Below, piece after piece: positions 24,791-36,247 of a stretch of DNA of 64,000 nt. The notes under the pieces are model-generated. The model was not told the DNA's origin. It searched no databases and saw only the letters and a program-made list of their open reading frames with translations. The DNA is taken from contig OZ024740.1 in the NCBI GenBank assembly GCA_964016885.1, positions 407,774,001-407,838,000 on the forward strand. Reading direction: 5' to 3'. The first letter of the stretch is position 1. Every line of letters starts with the position of its first letter. Position numbers and translations under genes: made by a program. This stretch comes from Eledone cirrhosa. Lineage: Eukaryota.

Positions 24791-24908
24791 TTGCAAACAT
24801 TTAAATATGATAGACAAATATACAAAATCACAAAGAAGAGTCTATGTAGCCGGTAAGAGTTATGTGTTCATGTTGACTGATAAAATGACAAGTCAGTCAA
24901 TCATATTG

Positions 24909-25124
24909 ATCGCCTCCCCACAGCCACGGCAGACAGGATGGAGAAGGCGTTTCCCCGGAGGATGGCAAGGGAGACGCGTTGGAAGAACTATTCCAACTTA
25001 CAACACTGACATCTGCAGTTGGCAGGCTCAGTGCCTATGGTAGTGAGTAGGGAGGTAGCCCTAGGGCCGAGGACACCAGAAGTTTCCACTGCCAAGGGCA
25101 CAACCACAAACCTGTCAGAGAACC
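24909..25124 (-). pseudogene. CRE-like non-LTR element, restriction-like endonuclease C-terminal remnant
   Basis: Translation FVVVPLAVETSGVLGPRA...LE*FFQRVSLAILRGNAFSILSA. Homologous copy at about 62590-62705. Confidence 0.7.
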
Positions 25125-25488
25125 ATGACACTCCCAATTTTTAATACAAAAACTACAACAAAATTCTACTCTTAATTATATGCTCATCAATTTTTGGAGC
25201 AAAATCTACAACAAAACTTTATACCTAATCACATGATCAAATTGTATTTTAAACAGCTAGTAATCTGAGCCACCTTTTTTGGCATAAAACTGCTCTATAT
25301 ATTTCCGAACCCATCAGAGGTGAGACACATGACTCTATAGCCACACATCTCTCCATCTCACTTATCTTTTGAAAATCATGAAACTGTGAAACTGGTGAAG
25401 TTACTGTGAATAAATCTTCTTAAAGACTCCAATTGTATTTTCAACTTCTTTTTTCCTATATTTTGTGAGATACAAAAAACTTATATAT

Positions 25489-26812
25489 TAGTCAAATTAG
25501 ATAAGATGCAGTTCAGTTTTATGCCTGTAAGAAGTAGAACAGGTGCCCACTTCTTAGTGAGACAACAACAAGAGAAGTTCCACACCAAGAATAAGCAGCT
25601 ATATTTAGTTGTTGATATATAAATGGCCTTTGACAGAATACCTCGATCTATCATCTGGTGGTCCTCAAAGAATTTAGGTATAGAAGAATGGCTTATAAGA
25701 GCAGTGCAAGCCATGTATAGAAGAGCTGTCAGTAAAGTGAGAATAGGAAGTGAGTTTAGTGAGAAATTCAGGTTACAAGTAGCTCAGTCCTCAGCCCACT
25801 TCTTTCAATCATAGTTCCCCAGGCCATAACAGAGAACTATACAACTGGCTGACAATGTGGATGGTCTGGTTCTTATAGCTGAATCCATAGAACAATTAGA
25901 GAATAAATTCCAACTGTGGAAATAGAATTTACAATCAAAAGGGTTGAGAGTAAACTTAGAAATGAAACTAAAATGTTAGTAAGCAGGAAAGAATACAAGA
26001 CCCTAGTTCTATCAGGGAAGTGGCTGTGTTTTCTATGCAGAAAAGGAGGAGGCACAGACTCTATATCTTGATTAAACAAGAGATGTAGTTGTATAGCAGG
26101 CAAACTAATAGGAAAGGAAAACTTCATATGTAATAGAGGCACAGGGGTAATCAATAGGAAGAGCATCAGTGATATAAACCTTTTCCAGTCCCATGAAAGA
26201 TCCATAGAAGTGACTGATAGCTTCTGCTACCTAGGTGTTCTAATTAGCAGTAGAGGAAGGTGCTCTGAATAAGGATAGGATGGAAAAAGTTTAAAGAGCT
26301 ACTCCTCTGTTAACAACAAAAGGTTTTTCTCTACGAATGGAAGGGTGGCTGTATGATGCTTGTGTGTGAAGTACAATGTTGCATGATAGTGAAATATGAG
26401 CAATGACTGCAGAGGACATGTGTAGGCGGGAGATAAATGATGCAACCATGCTTTAATAGATATGCAATGTGAGAGAACGACAGAGCTTGGATGATCTGTG
26501 AGAGAAACTGGGTTTAAGATGATTCTGATGTAGTGTGCAAAGGGGAAGACTGCATTGGTATGGACATGTGATGCACATGGATGATGATCGATGGGTGAAG
26601 AAATGCCAGGAAATCCCAGTAAAAAGAAGCTGTAGTAGAGGTAGACCAAAAAAGACCTGGGCAGATGTGGTGAAAGCTGATCTCCAATTGTTGAAATAAC
26701 AGAGGAGATGATGAAGGAACACAGTAAGTGGAGAGATGCTTTGCTAAAAAAGATTTGCCTAACCCATGGAAGTTTGGAAAACTGGATGTAAAAATAACAA
26801 TGATGATGATGA
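25489..26812 (+). mobile_element. Old degenerate RTE, RT to 3' tail
   Basis: AFDRIPRSIIWWS...; many stops and indels; (GAT)n tail at about 26800. Confidence 0.88.
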
Positions 26813-26820
26813 TATATATA

Positions 26821-27655
26821 CAAGTGACTAAAAAAAAAACTAACCCTGCACACATTTTGTGTTACTATATATTCTTTTTGTAATCAATCAACCTTAAATT
26901 TCAAGACATTGCAGATACATCTAAGAAGATGACAAAACCCCAATGACACCTCCAACACAAGATTTTCTGTGTGAAACACGGCTATAAGTGTGGCTCTTAC
27001 AAGCAGTTACAAGAGCAATTTCATGCATTCTTTGGAATGGACAAATCTCCCTTCAAAGACAATATACAAAACTAGCTGAAAAAGTTTGAGACTTATGGGA
27101 CAGTTGAGAACCTCAGTATTATGTCTATGCACTGTCTACCCAATCTGGACAACGAAGAAAGCACACACAGAAAGTTAAGGACTTGGTCTGAGTGTCTGTT
27201 GAACAGAGCCCATAAAGATCGCTGTGCGGGAGAAACCAACCCTTGGGTCTCTCCACAGAAACTTGTAGAAGGGTTGTCAATGAGGATCTTAAGAAGTACC
27301 CCTACAGAATACAGACTAAACAAAAGCTTACTGTAGCTGATAAGATCAAGAGAAAGGCTACAGCTGAGAAAATGCTGGAGAACATAGAAAATAACCCAAA
27401 TTTTCTGAATCTGCTATGGACCTCTGCTGAAGCCCACCTTCATTTAGAGGGGAAGATCAACTCTCAATATGTTTTTGAGGTCAAAGAAACCCACTGAAGT
27501 GGCTGTGAAACCTCTCCACCATCTGGACTTCCTTTTTTGAGAGAGAGTTGATTGGCTCTTTCTTCTTTGAAGAAAATGGAGAGACTGTTACAGTCACAAA
27601 GGAATGGTATGTGGAAGTCCTAGAAGACTTCAAAAAAGAGCCACAGACCATGTAA
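26821..27655 (+). mobile_element. Degenerate Tc1/mariner-superfamily transposon (DUF4817-type transposase)
   Basis: Starts after TA. RRVVNEDLKKYPYRIQTKQKLT...FLNLLWTSAEAHLHLEGKINSQ resembles the F/W-S-D-E-A-H-F-H-L-x-G-x-V-N motif; later IGSFFFEENGETVTVTKEWYVEVL. Confidence 0.75.
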
Positions 27656-27665
27656 ACATACATAT

Positions 27666-27864
27666 ATAAAGTTTATCCAGGGTTCAATCGGGGGTAACCA
27701 CAATAAGTAATGTACTCAATACATAGCAGAGTATAAATATTTAATATAGAAAAGGCTTCTACAAGACTAGAACTGTTTCATTCGAGAGAAATCATCAGGA
27801 AGCCCTGATGATTTCTCCTGAATGAAACAGTTCTAGTCCTGTAGAAGCCTTTTCTATATTAAAT
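27666..27864 (-). mobile_element. Fold-back mini-PLE with back-to-back hammerhead cores
   Basis: About 60-bp arms 27740-27799 / 27804-27863, each with CTGATGA-TTTC...GAAT-GAAAC. ~75-bp unpaired tail. Relative at 51706-51833. Confidence 0.7.
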
Positions 27865-28049
27865 TCTCCGAAGGTATTTTAGCCTACATATTGTTGTTAA
27901 TATTAATGATGTTCCCTGCTGTATTAGCGATAAATTTTCGAGGGTTTTTCTTAGTAGTTTTCATGACGTTATTATTGTTAATTTTACTGATGTAGTATTA
28001 ACTTGGATATTTACCATGCGGTATTCTAATTCTATTGTATCTCTCTCAG

Positions 28050-31000
28050 TTATTTACCATGCGACCCTCAGTTCCTACCTCACATCCCTCCCCCCCCCAC
28101 CCCCACATACCACCATAGTCTATTCGACCAATCAAACCTAGCATGCCATTTCCACTGCTGCTGCTACTACCTGCCTAACTAACTCTCTCCTCCTCTGGCG
28201 CATCCCAACACACCCTGCCATTACCCCACCACCACTGTTCTTCTAGCCCTCAATTTTCCCACCGTTATGGATGGATGAGCTGAGAATACATTTGAGCAAC
28301 TCTGAATCAATAGATGAAATATGAATCTGCGAGCTACCAAGCACCCACGTGAAGCGCCAACCCAGAGACCCTCCCCTACGAGTGTCGACAAATGCCCAAA
28401 ACTCCGAGTTGGTACCATAAATGTAGGCTCAATGAAAGGAAGAGCAGGAGAAATCGTAGAAATGCTAGAGCGAAAGGAAGTTGATGTATGCTATGTGCAA
28501 GAGACTAGATGGAGAGGAGGGTCTGCTAGAGTCCTTGTAGGAAAAAGCCAGTGCTACAAATTTTTCTGGGTGGGAAATGACGATGGGATGGGTGGTGTAG
28601 GTATACTACTAGCTGACAAGTGGGTAGATAAAGTAATCTCAGTGTACAGGGTAAATGCAAGAATCATTAAACTCAGACTAGTCCTGAATAAGACAATTAC
28701 CACAATAATATCAGCTTACGCACCCCAATCGGGGCTGCCAGACGAACTTAAGGATAGGTTTTACGAGTCCCTAATACACACTACTGCTCTAACAGACGAC
28801 AAGGACTTCCTAATCATTGCAGGAGATTTTAACGGACACGTAGGTAAACACTGCGACGGCTTCAATAGAGTACATGGAGGCCATGGAGTTGGCACAAGGA
28901 ATGAGGAAGGATTCAGACTTCTAGAATTCTGCGACGCCAATGACATGTCGATATGTAACACAAACTTTAAAAAACCTGACAACCACCTGATCACCTATAG
29001 ATCAGGGGAGCACTCTAGTCAGTTAGATTTTATCCTCATCAGAGGACGTGACAGATGGACGGTCGTAAACACAAAAGCCTTCCCTAGTGAGGAATGTACA
29101 TCCCAACATAGCTTAGTTGTCAGCGACCTCACGGTCAGAACTAGACGAGCCCTGAAACAGAGGCCAACCTGGAGAAGAAAGATCTGGAAGCTGAAAGTCC
29201 CCTCAACCAGTAACAGATTTAAAGATATTTTACTCAACGCCTACGACAGTAAAGAAGAACAGATAGAGACATTTAACGTAGAAGAGAACTGGGAGTTCCT
29301 AAAAAATAACTTACTAGAGGCGACGGATGGGGTTTGTGGCTGGAGTAAGACCTCAAGCAGGAGGAGAGTGACTTGGTGGTGGAACAATAAGGTAGATGAA
29401 GCAGTCAAGGCCAAGAGACAGGCATGGAAAGAATGGAAGAACGGGGGGAGCAGGGTACATTACATAGAGACCAAGAGGGAAGCTAGGCGACAAGTATACT
29501 TAGCTAGGAGGGAAGCAGAGGATAGAAAATTCAAGCATGTTTTACAACGTGAGGACCAGAAACAGGAGGTATTCAAGATTGCGAGGCAGTGTGTCAGAGA
29601 TAGTTGTGATGTCATTGGAGAGAAGTGTATCCGGAATGATAAAGGTGAGCTTGCCCTCACAAGTGCTGAGAAGAAAGATGCATGGAAGAGTCATTATGAT
29701 AGATTACTAAATGAGGAGAATGCATGGGAAGAAGAGACCCTACCCCATGTAGACCCTATAGAGGGACCAGCAGTACAAGTCAGCGGCAGCATAGTAAGTA
29801 AGGCAATCAGAGATATGAAGATGGAGAAGGCAACCGGTCCATCGGGTATAGCTGCCGAGATGCTGAAGGCATCTGGGTCTGTAGGTCACACTATAACCAC
29901 ACGTATCGTTAACCAGGTAATACTAGAAGGGGCCATACCAAAAGATTGGTGCAGTAGCATCATTGTCAACTGCTACAAAGGTAAAGGCGATGCACTAGAT
30001 AGAGGAAACTATAGAGGTATAAAGTTGATGGACCAGGTCATGAAAGTAACAGAAAGAGTTATAGCACAGCTGATTAGGGACCGGGTGAATATAGACGAGA
30101 TGCAATTTGGGTTTGTACCAGGGAGAGGCACCACTGATGCCCTCTTCCTTGTGAGGCAATTACAGGAAAAGTACCTAGCTAAAAGTAAGCCACTCTACTT
30201 GGCATTTGTCGACCTTGAGAAAGCCTTTGACAGAGTTCCACGTGCAGTAATCTGGTGGGCTCTTAGAAAACTAGGAGTAGATGAATGGCTTGTGAAAGCG
30301 GTACAAGCCATGTATAGGGGAGCAGTCAGCAAAGTTAGGATTAGCAATGAGTATAGCGAGGAATTTAGCGTACAGGTTGGGGTCCACCAGGGCTCTGTTC
30401 TTAGCCCTCTCCTGTTCATCATAGTCCTGCAGGCAATAACGGAGGAGTTTAAGACCGGATGCCCATGGGAACTCCTGTATGCTGATGACCTCGCACTCAT
30501 AGCTGAATCTATGGTAGAACTAGAGAATAAATTCCAAACCTGGAAGCAGGGACTAGAGAGAAAGGGCCTCAAAGTCAACATGACAAAGACTAAGGTCCTT
30601 GTAAGTAGACGAGAAAACAGAACCCAGATCCCCTCAGGGAAATGGCCTTGCTCAGTATGTAGGAAAGGTGTAGGTAGGAACTCCATTCTCTGCCCCAAAT
30701 GCAAACAATGGGTACACAAGAGATGTAGCGGGATCTCAGGAAGCTTAATTAAGAATATAGGATTCACATGCAGCAGCTGTGCTGAAACAGCAAGCAAACA
30801 GCCACAGGAAACAAGTACCACCAATCTCTGGGAGGGCCCTGTAGAAACAGTAGACAGCTTCTGCTACCTAGGTGACCAAATTAGCAACGGAGGTGGGTGC
30901 TCAGAAAGTACAATAACTAGGGTAAGAACGGGATGGAAGAAGTTTAGGGAACTACTACCACTGCTAGCTGCAAAAGGCTTCTCCCTCAGAATGAAAGGCA

Positions 31001-31741
31001 GACTGTATGATGCGTGTATCCGAACAGCGATGTTGCATGGTAGTGAGACCTGGGCGCTGAAGGTGGAAGACTTACGTAGATTAGAGAGAAACGAAGCCTG
31101 CATGCTCCGATGGATGTGTAACAGTAATATACGTGAACGACAAAGCATAAAGGAATTGAGAGAGAGACTGAGCATAAGAGGAATCAAATGCTGCGTGCAG
31201 GAGAGGCAGTTACGCTGGTATGGACATGTGATGCGTATGAAGGATGACAGCTGCATAAAAAGGTGCAGAGCACTAGAAGTTGATGGAAACCGCGGAGTGG
31301 GGAGACCCAAGATGACTTGGGATGAGGTGATAAAAGCCGACCTTACCCAACTACACCTCTCAAAGACAATGACACACGACCGTGACTTCTGGCGTCACGC
31401 AGTAATACAGGGTACCCGACCTCCCATGGGTACATGCTGAAGCATATAAACAATATGCCCCCACTCCCCCACCGCAAGGTGGTCGTGGAGGTGCCACGGC
31501 AAAAAAGCACCCAGCCCACACTGTAAAGTGGACGTGTAGGCGCCACGAAAAAGCACCCAGCACTCAGTGTAAATGAGGTTGGTGTTAGGAAGGGCATCCA
31601 GGTGTAGAAATCAAGCCAGATCAGTTCCTGTATGGGCAGGACAAGGTCAGCCGACTGGACACTGCCCCCAACAGGACAACCCATCTAACCCATGCTAGCG
31701 TGGAAGAATGGACGTAAAACAGTGATGATGATGATGATGAT
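28050..31741 (+). mobile_element. RTE LINE subfamily B, apparently full length
   Basis: C-rich 5' UTR, intact ORF, ~300-bp structured 3' UTR, (GAT)n tail into (TA)n. 5' boundary approximate. Confidence 0.95.
28321..31440 (+). CDS. RTE polyprotein: APE endonuclease and reverse transcriptase with PHD-like insertion (1039 aa, intact)
   Basis: GTINVGSM, VQETRW, GDFNGH, SQHSLV (APE); QFGF, DLEKAFD, GVHQGSVLSP, YADD, FCYLG (RT). Confidence 0.95.
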   Translation: MNLRATKHPREAPTQRPSPTSVDKCPKLRVGTINVGSMKGRAGEIVEMLERKEVDVCYVQETRWRGGSARVLVGKSQCYKFFWVGNDDGMGGVGILLADKWVDKVISVYRVNARIIKLRLVLNKTITTIISAYAPQSGLPDELKDRFYESLIHTTALTDDKDFLIIAGDFNGHVGKHCDGFNRVHGGHGVGTRNEEGFRLLEFCDANDMSICNTNFKKPDNHLITYRSGEHSSQLDFILIRGRDRWTVVNTKAFPSEECTSQHSLVVSDLTVRTRRALKQRPTWRRKIWKLKVPSTSNRFKDILLNAYDSKEEQIETFNVEENWEFLKNNLLEATDGVCGWSKTSSRRRVTWWWNNKVDEAVKAKRQAWKEWKNGGSRVHYIETKREARRQVYLARREAEDRKFKHVLQREDQKQEVFKIARQCVRDSCDVIGEKCIRNDKGELALTSAEKKDAWKSHYDRLLNEENAWEEETLPHVDPIEGPAVQVSGSIVSKAIRDMKMEKATGPSGIAAEMLKASGSVGHTITTRIVNQVILEGAIPKDWCSSIIVNCYKGKGDALDRGNYRGIKLMDQVMKVTERVIAQLIRDRVNIDEMQFGFVPGRGTTDALFLVRQLQEKYLAKSKPLYLAFVDLEKAFDRVPRAVIWWALRKLGVDEWLVKAVQAMYRGAVSKVRISNEYSEEFSVQVGVHQGSVLSPLLFIIVLQAITEEFKTGCPWELLYADDLALIAESMVELENKFQTWKQGLERKGLKVNMTKTKVLVSRRENRTQIPSGKWPCSVCRKGVGRNSILCPKCKQWVHKRCSGISGSLIKNIGFTCSSCAETASKQPQETSTTNLWEGPVETVDSFCYLGDQISNGGGCSESTITRVRTGWKKFRELLPLLAAKGFSLRMKGRLYDACIRTAMLHGSETWALKVEDLRRLERNEACMLRWMCNSNIRERQSIKELRERLSIRGIKCCVQERQLRWYGHVMRMKDDSCIKRCRALEVDGNRGVGRPKMTWDEVIKADLTQLHLSKTMTHDRDFWRHAVIQGTRPPMGTC

Positions 31742-31930
31742 ATATATATATATATAATATTCAAATACATTGATGCTATAAAGTATATTTTTATTATCGA
31801 CACTGAACATATTACTCAAAAGTTTATGACATTTGATGTAATAGCTGAATCAATGTTAGCTCTATTCAATATAAAAATAAAGATACAAATATGAACATAT
31901 GTACATATATTTTTATTATTTAATTTAGAA

Positions 31931-32152
31931 GGGCAGTGAATTGGCAGTATCAGTAGAGGGTCGGACGCTATGCTTTGCAGCATAGAGTTACGGCCCTTTA
32001 TTATCTGAGTTCAAATCCCGCCGAGGTAAACTTTGCCTTTCATCCTTACGGGGGTCGATAAAATAAAGTACCAGTCACGCACTGGGGGTCGATTTAATGG
32101 ACTTCCCCCTCCCCAAAATTCTTGCCTTGTGCCTATATAAGAAACCATTATT
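31931..32152 (+). mobile_element. SINE family 2, full length
   Basis: Matches 23785-23972. Further copies at 35418-35524 (-), 52410-52600 (+), 62944-63122 (-). Confidence 0.85.
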
Positions 32153-32582
32153 TAATTTAGTATTCCAGTATTCCAGTCAATCATGTTGGTGCAATACCCT
32201 AGTAAATTATTACACTATTACAGAAGTAGTGAAAGTGGATCTGAGGATGTTGAATCTCAGAAAGATGACAAAGGAAAGCAACTAGTAGTAAGATGCTGTA
32301 TGGAAAAATAGACATACAAATGCCAATTATGATACTAAATCTAATAACTAATGACTAATATAGAATTGTCACAAATAATTGAAATGCTCACTGTCAGAAG
32401 GTTTTGATTTATGTCAACCATCCATATGCTTTGGATCATAATTTTAAATATGGAATGTATGATGAGAAAAAATTCAATTAAACCAACTTTATAGCTGTGC
32501 CCACTGTCTATTATATTAGGTTCATATCCAAGAGAAAATTTCTACATAGGAATTAGTTTAAATAATTAAGAAATTAGTTTAA

Positions 32583-32803
32583 CCCTTTAGCATTTACATT
32601 ACTCAATATTTACTATTATATTTTCATAGCAAACGCTTTACCTCACATAATTATCTCACATAATATCGAATCTATGAGATTTTGATATTATTTATTTTGA
32701 GAACAATACCTTAATATCAGTATGAGTGGCCAGTTACTGTCGGTTTGAACAGAAAGAAGTGAGAGAATTCTGGCCGGATATGGCCGGTTTAAATGCTACA
32801 GGG
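32583..32803. mobile_element. piggyBac-like MITE with TTAA target duplication
   Basis: TTAA|CCCTTTAGCATTTA ... TAAATGCTACAGGG|TTAA. Confidence 0.85.
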
Positions 32804-34290
32804 TTAACAAAAATAAGGACATTCTGACAATTAATCCTAATTCAAATATACTAGTTTGAATCATCATCATCATCATTATCATCATTTAATATTTGTTTTA
32901 TGATGATGATAATTCAATATATTATATTTAAATTAAGGTTAATACATATGGACTTCAATAAATAATTAAACACATCATCTGACAATTTGTCATTCACATT
33001 ATTCAGAAGGCAATCTTTTATTGTGCTATCTCTGTAATCCAAATAATTACCCATATGTATTGCTGGTACAATTCCTCATGCAAATTATTTAAGCTAGCTC
33101 TTTTCTTTCAGGTATCATGTGTAAAACTATATAAGAAATTGCAAACATTATAAAGTAGATATACACTATAACAGTGTATCTCTACATATTACAAATATGT
33201 AAAGAAAATGTTAATAAAAAAGGAAAATATAAGGTAAATGTATTTAGGATTTGTTGGGGTAGAAGATTATTCAGAAAATATCCATACATGAATATATTTA
33301 CACACACATGTATAGAATATATATATTTATTTTAATTTCTGATGAAAATATATGTATCTGACAAATGTATTTTTCATGTCATATGTAAAGAATAATACAT
33401 TGTGGAAACATGAAGAACCCCAACAAATTAAAACTACAATTGACAGCAAAACAACTATTAGAAGCAGATGTTACCTGTATATAATTCGCTATAAATAGCA
33501 AATATGTATGAAATATCTTATTGTGAAATATGTTTATAAACAACAGTTTGAAGGATTGTATTGTAAAACTATAGAAAAAAATTAATTAAGCAATGAAATA
33601 TTTTTATCATCATAACAAAAAACTTTATTTTAAAGTGGTTTTATTTATTTAAAAACCTATCATCATAATTTTATGTAAGAATATTTTATGTAAGTTATAT
33701 TCCAAACACCAGCTTAATGAGAAAGTTTATTCTATTATACTTGAAAATCGTAGGTAGCATCATTCATTAGAAATAGGGTGCTGAAAGAGTTAAGTCAGTG
33801 TTACAACAGGTATAAATGATTTTAAATAAGATTTTGCACAAAGTATATTCTATTTTAATTTTCTAAGAAAAACTGATTTGAACTATAGCAAAAGAATGAA
33901 TCAATAAATACACAACAGAACTAATATGCGAGTTGAATCCAGTATGTAGACTTCCTTCTCCAAACTTGTATACTTTTACACTCCACTGATAATAATATAT
34001 TAGAGGTGAACAACTTTAAAGTTTTGAAAATAAGGCTTTAAATAAAATATATTTAGTTTTAAAGTATTTAATGTACAGACCAGGTATGTTGGTTTTACAT
34101 GTTTCGTGTAAATTCTAGTAAAAAAAACTTCTGTTAAACACGTGTCTGTTGTTTGTATAATATTTTTTTTTAAGAATAAAAAAAGCAATATGAAATAATA
34201 TATACAAAATATTAATTGGAAATATAAGAAGACAGAATATTTGAATAAAATGTGTTTAACATCACCATTTTTTTCATATTTTTCTCTTAC

Positions 34291-34454
34291 TTTGGAGGTG
34301 GTGGTATATTATCTGCACTATCAGTTAATCCTATGACTCCACTGTTCCGATGGACATGGAAATTTCGATAAGATCTTTCTCTCATAGGAAGTACCCGTGA
34401 ATGGACATAATAACGATGATGTAGCCAAATATTTGTCATCTCTCTCAGATTTCT
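34291..34454 (-). CDS. Possible isolated host exon, product unknown
   Basis: Non-repetitive 164 nt between ctaccag| and |gtaag, open frame RNLREMTNIWLHHRYYVHSRVLPMRERSYRNFHVHRNSGVIGLTDSADNIPPPP. No homology recognised. Confidence 0.3.
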
Positions 34455-35822
34455 CTGGTAGCACAACCCAATAAACATTGACTTGATAATCAATCACAGA
34501 ATGTTAACACTAGAGTTGCAGCTGTATTTCTCTGCTTACTCCCTCTGCTACTGCTGCTGAAATTCTCCACATATGTGACATCAACTTTAATTATTTACCA
34601 GGTGATAACAAAGGGGAAATATCACTCAGTTGTGATGTGTAGTGCATAGTTGAAAAAAAAAACTACTGTGTTATATATATTTTCCCCAATAATATCCAAA
34701 CTACATGGAAAAAAATAAATAAAAATAAGGGGATGGAACAAAATAATTTGATAAATAAATTCTATAGTTGATCACTTTTATTAATAAATGAATAATTAAT
34801 ATCCAATTAGTTTTTTTAAGTATGGCCAATAAGAAATAGTTTTCAGTCTAAGATATCCTTGATTTATTTATAGGGTTACTAGATTTTAAAAATATGATAA
34901 ATATTTAGTTATTTTGTAGATTTACCTGTATTTTTTCTTTTATATACATGTTCATATTTATAAAATATTTTATAAATAATACAACTCTAATGTCATAACA
35001 CCTTGGCTTCAGACATAGATATTCATTTAATCATTTCAGAACATAATCAGAAAATATTTAACTCTGAGCAAATAATAATTTATATGTAAAAATGAAGGGG
35101 AGTTGGTCAAGGAATAATGAAAGAAAAAGAAGGGAGGGAGGGAGAGAGAGAGAAAGAGAGAGGGAGGGAGGAAAGGTTGACTGATTGGCTACTGCAAATT
35201 TCACACTATAAATACACTTAGAGTATAATTTACTACTATACAGCAACAATTGCAATGGAATTATAAAAATTGCAGGCATGCACTCAATGCATGTAAACAC
35301 CTTCATTTTCTTTATGTAAAATGAAAATAAAAGTATAACAACATTTTGATATTAAATGATTCATGTAACACAATAAGAATAATAACAACAACAACAACAA
35401 CAATAATAATAATAATAATTGATTTTACTTTTGGCAGAAGGCCAGCAATTAACCAGTGTATTACTGGTACTTTATTTTACCGACCCTGTAAGGATGAAAG
35501 GCAAAGTTAACCTCGGCGGGATTTTAATAATAATAATAATAATAACGCTTTCTTTATTAGCCACACAGGGCTCACATTAAGAAAACATTAAAGATGGTAC
35601 AGGATGATACAGCATGGTTTTTCTTTGTGTGTAAAATAAAATTCATAACAGAAATTAAGAAAATAAATAAAATAATAATATTAATCTCTTATTTGCTAAT
35701 AAGAGCATTGGATAAAGGAGACATTAGAAAGACAAGTTACAACATTAAGGTAGGGGTTTACATAGAAATGAGAAAATGTGTAACAACTCATTCATTTTCC
35801 TGACATTTGTACGTTATTCTGT

Positions 35823-36247
35823 GAAGGCGCATGGTTTAGTGGTTAGAGCATTGGGCTTGCAATCGAAAGGTTGTGAGTTCAATTCTCGGACCGGGTGATG
35901 AGTTGTTTCCTTGAGCAAGACACTTTATTTCACATTGCTCCAGTTTACTCAGCTGTAGAAATGAGATGATAGGACTGGGGTCCCTATCATTCCACTGCAA
36001 AGTGGTCGTGGAGGTGCCATGGCAAAAAAGCACCCAGCCCACACTGTAAAGTGGACGTGTAGGCGCCACGGAAAAAAAGCACCCAGCACTCACTGTAAAT
36101 GAGGTTGATGTTAGGAAGGGCATCCAGCTGTAGAAATCAAGCCAGAATCAGTTCCCGTATGAGCAAGACAAGGTCAGCTGACTGGACACTGCCCACAACA
36201 GCATGGAAGAACAGACGTAAAACGGTGATGATGATGATGATGATGAT
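35823..36247 (+). mobile_element. CORE-SINE family 1, RTE-B-type tail
   Basis: Match to 19364-19767 with full tRNA head. Confidence 0.9.

Noticed and set aside
33338-33380. CTGATGA followed by a hairpin
   Set aside because: No GAAA or stem I/III, so not a hammerhead
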